Origin: Amoebophrya sp. A120
Taxonomy: Eukaryota > Protista > Dinoflagellata
Direction of reading: 5' to 3'
Length of the DNA: 64,000 nt
Assembly: GCA_905178155.1 (NCBI GenBank)
Contig: CAJINV010000003.1
Location: 5,919,985 to 5,983,984 of the forward strand
The notes beneath the pieces were generated by a model. The model did not search any database, was not told the origin of the DNA, and saw nothing but the letters and a program-made list of their open reading frames with translations. Positions 57,630 to 64,000 of the stretch are shown piece by piece; position 1 is the first letter of the stretch; each line of letters starts with the position of its first letter. The translations under genes and the position numbers were made by a program.

Positions 57630-58575
57630 AAATCGTTGTGTGACACACGTGCTTTTTTGGTGCTGGTGGTGGTAGCTGCAGGTCAAACTTACGCAAGGTC
57701 AACATACAGAGCTCAGAGGACAACTCGCTCGACCAGGAGGAGCTTACTAAGTTCTACTATTTTTTTTAGTTACACATACAAATGAAGAACGAACTCAACA
57801 AGTCAAATCATGGATCTTTCTCTTTCCTGACTTTCTAATTCTAAGGTCTTGGTAATGAAGATGAAGTGGCAGGTACGATGTTGCGCGATTCCACAAATGA
57901 TACTGTATTTTTTCAGAGATACAAAAATGAATGGCCATACCGGGGAATCAAAAAGTTAATGTGGGAACCTGGTGGTGGGGACGTACGAGCAGGTTTGATG
58001 TGAAGAAATAAGATGCTTTTCTAGCACATGCACGACGAGCAGGCCGACGTACTATTTCTACTTCGAGCCGTGGACGAAAAAGTGAAGTTGGACGTGAAGG
58101 TCTTACGGTTTGCAGTTCTCTTTCTCTTGCGAGCTCAACCACAAGCTGTGCCGAAAATTGCGCGTTCTCCATGGACGACGACAACATGCTGACCTTGTGG
58201 TCTCTAGTCTACGCTGTCGCTGCTCGAAGGCACAATTCCTTTCTGTTCGTGCTGGTGAGTAGATACCACCGAACGAAAAAAACGTAAACCGAGATCTCAC
58301 GTATTTTTATTTTAGCTCTCGCAAGGTACAGATAAAGTCTTCGTTTTTGCATTCACTTCTCGAAGTAAAAGTAATCCGCAGTCCGAACACAGTTGACGTT
58401 CTCTTTTGGAAAAAATAAACGGAAATAAGTAAGGACAAATGCCTGTGCCTCATGGCGTGCTGTCGATATCGAATGCAGCAATGCGGATGATGAAGTGGCG
58501 GGATCTTCCATGCCAGTAGATACATCGATTCTTGCATTAGCGCCGTGCCGACTAGCAGCGCGCTTGTTGCCATTT

Positions 58576-61500
58576 TCAATCCGGTGCCAAAAATGCGACG
58601 TCCCTGTCCGAGCACTTTTGGTCGACATCGTTGACCCAGTCTTGCAGATAAGCCCGCAAGGTGTGATCTGGCTTGTGCACCAAAACTGGAGGTCCATGTG
58701 CGTCATCACACCAGAACATAGTGACATCTTCCGTGTTATATATTGCAAAAGTATCGCACTCGTATAAATGCATTACAAATTTCCTCAGCAAGAGAAATGG
58801 AATTTGTCATGCTGATTTGCCTTGGCAACAAGATTTGTAAATGCAAGACTTGCATCTATACGAGTACGATACTTTTGCACAGGATACGTGTGTACCATGT
58901 ACCCCCACCGGCACATAGGGAGAAGACGAACAGTCAGACCTTCCTCCTCAGCGTTTGTGTGCTCGTCTTTCATTGTGTTGTGCTCGACATCATGATCATC
59001 TTCTCCAGGAGGGGAACGTGCACTGCTGCTGCGTGCTGGATCTTTCGCAGGAGCATGTGACGTCCTACGTGTGGTCTGCGCGTCAACTGCGTCGCTGCGA
59101 CGTCGTCCAGCATTTACTTTAGTATTGCTGGACCACGGCGCCCACACTTCTTCCCTCGCAGCAGCCCACTCCTTGAACTTCGTATGCCTCTGTTTCCAGT
59201 GCGGGAGTATGTGGGTCAGGATGTAGCCGGAGAGTCCCTGGGCCAATCCGGTGAAGGGCGCGTACCAGTTGTTCCCCGGAACCCCGAGGAGGTGGTTTTT
59301 CGGCACTTCGTGGGGTGTGTGGCCCAACCGCAGAAACAGCCAGGAGCTCGGGTCCTGGTGGAGCAGCTCCTTGGAACTGGTCGTCGCTGCTTTGTGCTCC
59401 AGGTGGTGCCGAAACGCCTGCAGGCTGAAGGTATGGCGGAAAGGGCTGTTATCCTCGTCGTACACCGCGTCCTCGGCGAAGTAGTCGTTCCGCGCGTCCA
59501 GGAAGTACCCGCGATCAAGGTCGTTCCAGGCACGGCATAACAGATCATGATGTTCCTGATCCTGTAATGAGTCTTCATCCACGTTGTAGTTCGTCGCCCC
59601 TCCGGTGGCCGCGGTGGCAGAAGTTCTCCCTCGCCATTTCGACGTCCGGCAACCCCCTGTTTCGTTTCTGAAGACCGAAACCAAGGGCGCATCATGCCCG
59701 ATTGTCGCCAGCACCGACTTGTGCGAGGGTTCTGGGTGCCCGAACACATTGTGCGTGTAGTAATCTCGCCCCCGAAATTTTTTTCCATTCGGAGACAGCT
59801 CTTTGGGAGGAAGCGCAAGTGGTGCGTTCAACGCATCATCACGATGATCGTGTCCTGCTCTTTGTTCTGCGCTGTCATAATTCTTGTCTGCCTCGTCGTC
59901 CCTATATTTCCAATTTGAGCGATCCAAAAATGCTTCCTGCCTGTCTCGAAACATTTTCCTGCCGTTTCTCACACGGAGATTGATCTCCTTGGACCAGCTC
60001 AGCGGGTGGATGCGATTTTGCGCCAGGGGGCTGGCGGCCCTAACGAATTGCAGTTCGTGCAGTTGCTTCCGTTTCGCTTTCTGCGCTAGTTTCCAGGGCA
60101 GGAACTCCATGAGGTAGCGCGGCGGATAGAGCTCCTCCCCGGTCCTGCCGTCAAACACGCGCGCGACGATGCGCCGCCACGCTTCCTGCACGGCCTGCGT
60201 TGCGTTCCACGTAATCGCGCTGCCCAGCAAGAGGCTGAAGTGCAGCGGGGGACCGGGCATCAGGGCGACGAAGTTTTCCTTTGCTGACGCGAACACGAAC
60301 AATTGGAATAGGCGAAAGGGTATGCATTGCACAATGTTTCTGGGCCCTCTGGTGGAATCTTGTCATGCAAGTGTGTGAATGTTTATGTTGGTGAGCAGAC
60401 GAGACCACGATAGGAGGCAGAAAAGCAAAAACAGATTTTTTTTGAGCAGCGTAGACTACTACAACATGACAAGGTGTTTTGCTCTTACATGAGAAACAAA
60501 AAATGCCACTGCATGATCGCCATGGGCATGGCAGATTTTTCATTTCATTTCTGTCCTGCCAGCCAAGCCTCACAAGTCTTGCATTCTTCCAGACGCAGAC
60601 CCAGACATAGTTGCATTTGATAAAGGGCTGCACGATGTGGTATTCCGAATCGAGAGCCAACACCGCCTCGTACTCGTTCGCAAGTTGCAGAAACGCAAGC
60701 AGGCGAAACGGAAACACCGTGTTGACGTTATACGCATTCTGCTTCGTCACGAAATTCACGAAAAAGTGCGAGTCGTGGTACTGCGCCAATATGTCCTTCC
60801 GCAGACTCCAGTCTCTCCGTATTTTTACCTTCAGTGGTCCTTTCAGTTTTTCCTCTAGCTCGTCCGTCAGCGGAAAGTTCGGGGTGTCTTTGGGCAGTGC
60901 CAGGACTCGGTCCAGCCCTCTGGGTTTCCCAAACAGGCCAGTTGTCAGCTTCTTCGTAAAAGTGTCCAGGTAGTCCAGCGCCGCGCGGTTGACTTGCCAA
61001 AAGTCGATTTCTGAGAACGTGTAGGAACTTTTCTTCCTCGTGTCGCTCCACAGCGACAAGCTACGTTGCTTCGTCCAGCGATGATCGTACGCAAATGCGG
61101 TCAGGTCAAAGGTCTGCAAAATCGCAAAGTAACCCTTGCTGCCGTCGTCGTACGTCTCTTCGCGATTCGTCCTCGTCGCAGGATCTTCACGGGCAACTCC
61201 ACCGGCCTGAATAGACGACGTTGCGGCACGAGGCCGCGGGGGCTCGGCATTTCTCGTTGAAGACCTGGGTGCCAGCTCCGGATCGCGCAGGCAGTTATAC
61301 CCCGTGGCAGCGTAGAAGCCGTTGCAGTGCCCACTCAATCCGTGAGGCCAATGCGTTGCATTCCTGATTGCCAGAATCCGTTGCACACTGCGGCCAAGAA
61401 CAGCGCGCACTATACGATCAGTGACGGGTTTGGCTGCAGCAGCTTCTATTTCATCGGTGCTCGTAGGAGGAGCAGCATGAGTATTGTTTAATTTCTCGCA

Positions 61501-63486
61501 GTCTGTTAAAGTCGCGCCATGATCTTCATCGTGCGTCGCTGCGGCCAATGCGGTGTCCCCAGGCACTCTTTCGGTTCCACCACTTGTAGAGGCCGGGGCA
61601 CGCAGGTTCGAAGTCCGATCAAAATCGAGGCCACTCGTGTGGTGTGGCGGAATGCTTTTGTCAACAAGTCCCCAGACCGGCGCGTGGTCACGAATCGGAG
61701 CCCTTCCGAGCCAGTGGGCGTCAGCCTCCTGAGAGGACGCTCGGTATGCTGCATTTTCGCCCTGGTCCTGGTTCTGAACGGGCTCTTGCAGGTGAGTAGA
61801 TTTTACAGGTGTCCTTGTCAATGGTCGTGGTTGCATTTCTGGCTGCGGCTCTCCGGGCAGCTTGAATAACTCCGGAAGGCCTCTGTCGAGAAGGACATGC
61901 TGGTCCGGTAGCGTACACAGCCTGGACACTACATTTCGGCGAACATGATTCCTCACGTCGACGGTGGCGAAATGCTGGTGAAATGCGCAAACTGGAGCTC
62001 TTCGCGCAAGCATGGTGGACGCAGTAAGCAAGGCCGTAGCGGCGGAAACGCGATAGTGCCGCTTCAGCTCCTGGAACAGTTCCGCGTGGACTCTCGCATT
62101 CGTGCTCTCGAAAGCTGCAATCGGCAAAAAGAACTCTCTGTCGAGGCGAGCGGTAGGCGGAGGAGCGTCTCCATCTTCAGCCTCGGATAGTTTCTCAGGG
62201 TTGCCTCTTCGTGCGTTCGCTAGGCGTCTGCGGAAATGTTGCGTGGATGAGAGATAGCGGAGCTGCAGACTCACTTGCAGTGCCAGCAGACCCGTCTTGC
62301 TGCGCATCTCGTCCTCCTTGCAGGCAGCAGGGACGCACAACAGCAGCGTCGTCTGCGTCAAGGCTAGAAATGTTGTGGGCGGTGTCCTCTGTGTCCCTGG
62401 TTGATTGTTCTGCGTATTTTCTTCTGCAGCCCTTGCTCGCACCTGCACCGCAAACAGCCGCCCTTGTGCGCGCTGGCATTTCTCCGCATACCGCGTTACG
62501 TAGTTCACGAAATATCCGGCAGTTTGCAGCTGTGGGTGAATCTTGTTCAACAACTCGTCGTTAGATGTTGCCAAGGTGTCCGAGGATCCGGCACTTCTAC
62601 CCAGTTCTTGCAAGACGTCGTGCTCCGCTGCCTTTGTCAAAGCAAAAAATTTCGATAGCCAGAGGAGTGTAAGCAGACTATCTTTATGACAATTGTTCCC
62701 TTGATGAAGGTCAGCGGGATCAGTACATCGCTTACATCTGTGATTTATGCTTTACGTAAAAAGAACTATCTCTTCTGTTCTCATGACATAAGTCTACGAG
62801 GAAGGAACTCTAGCCATCGAGTCGCAGCGTTTCCCAACATTCAGGGCGTCCTGGGGCGCTAAGGCAAAGGGCAGGTTCAGTTCGTCGACTGCCCACCAGT
62901 TCCACAGCTTCGAAGAGCAACGACCCTGTGGCACATAGTCAACAAACACCTTCGACGGGGTTCTGTGCGTGTTCGGTGCCGCTGCCGCAGTTCCCTGGTC
63001 AAAGTTTTGTCCTTGTTCTGCTGCAGAAGCAAAATATAATACACGTTCAGTTGCTGTTGCTGCATCAGCATCTTCGTCTGCTTTTCTAATTTTCGCACTG
63101 TGCATCTTCTCCGCCAGTTGTTCCCGTGAACGCATTATATCATCAGCGCCGTCTTGTCCTTGTCCTTCTCCTTCAACATCAATCTCGGTCGCACCAACGG
63201 GCACAAGTTCATCCTCGTCCTCGTCATGTAGGGTGTGCTCAATGATCTCACGCTGTGCACCCATGACCCAAGCCGTTTGTCGGCGAAAAATCGCCGAGAA
63301 GTCATCCGCTGCGGGGGGCGGCGACAACGGTGGCGGGTCGCATGCGAGAAAGGTGGTCCAGGCTGTTGCCCGGCCGCTCGCCGGACAAGATGGCGAGGAC
63401 GACGGTGGCGCATGAGTGGTGCTCTCATTCGGTGTTGCACCGACGAGAAACACGCAGAGCGCGGATACAAAAAACGGCGCGACCAT
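58576..63486 (-). CDS. Large hypothetical, probably secretory-pathway protein; approximate exons 63486-62806, 62631-60623, 60315-58887, 58731-58576
   Basis: Hydrophobic N-terminus MVAPFFVSALCVFLVGA. ORFs join in frame after removing two introners (VQPF|RLF; MVHT|EDVT). The link to the 63-kb ORF through a GT-AG intron is plausible but unproven. Confidence 0.62.
58737..58886. mobile_element. Introner, family A, 150 bp, inverted relative to 11792-11941
   Basis: IR tgcaaaagtatcgcactcgtata / tatacgagtacgatacttttgca; TSD CGTGT at 58732-58736 and 58887-58891. Its reverse complement aligns end to end with 11792-11941. Confidence 0.92.
60321..60622. mobile_element. Introner, family C, 302 bp, inverted relative to 14521-14781
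   Basis: Ends tatgcattgcacaatgtttctggg...cccagacatagttgcatttgata; TSD AAGGG at 60316-60320 and 60623-60627. Frame restored on removal. Confidence 0.88.
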
Positions 63487-64000
63487 GAGTGCTGAGGCAT
63501 TCAGTCTAGAAGCGATCAGCGTCACCCACCGTGATCTACATCTAATTTTGCAGGATCACCCAATGCCAATTCTACGAAACAAAAAACGCAAGCGCAACCA
63601 ATAGGCAAAAGTAGAATAAAAACAGCACGGTGAAGATCCTGAACCACAAACAGTACTAAGTAGTAGCTCCGCGGAACAAGGGTGCTTGGGCTTTATCTTC
63701 TTTTATCTTTATTGAAAGTTTCACCCTCAAGATCCATTACTTAAGGTGCAAAACAAGGAGCAACAAGAGCCAAATCAAGAGAAACACTACCTGGTCGCTC
63801 GCCATAGAAGAAGAGAACTTTTCTTGAAGAAAAGAAAAACAAACCGCACACCAGGCGGCCCCAACGGCTCGCAGCCGATACTACTGGTCCAACAGGAATG
63901 GAGGATGAATGGAAAGGACAGCGACATGTAGTTGTAATGTGATATTGAATTTCAATAAAATTGAAACCGACGCTACTACTACTCTCACTTCGCTATTAGA

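Overview
Eukaryotic, gene-dense DNA; all host genes lie on the minus strand and are split by a mix of GT-AG introns and non-canonical introns. The non-canonical introns are short inverted-repeat elements (TAT...ATA ends, 5-bp target duplications). This architecture fits an Amoebophrya-like (syndinian dinoflagellate) genome, which is an inference. The window holds a full-length ~9.9-kb Ingi/I-group LINE (150-10043; 14-bp TSD; APE endonuclease, RT, RNase H; one in-frame TAG). The host genes are a large multi-exon hypothetical gene, a YqjF/DUF2071 gene, a FEX/CrcB fluoride channel, an ABCG half-transporter, a divergent CAF1/POP2 and several hypothetical or membrane proteins. There are nine distinct introner insertions, three families occurring in both orientations, plus a MITE nested in one of them. 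The most unusual structure is a 12-kb array (38.6-50.9 kb) upstream of CAF1. In it, 12 extra copies of the gene's own 5' coding segment, mostly lacking the introners precisely, alternate with 0.5-1.3-kb non-coding cassettes that have been shuffled and duplicated at those anchors. All calls are by eye from motifs and repeats; no database searches were run.
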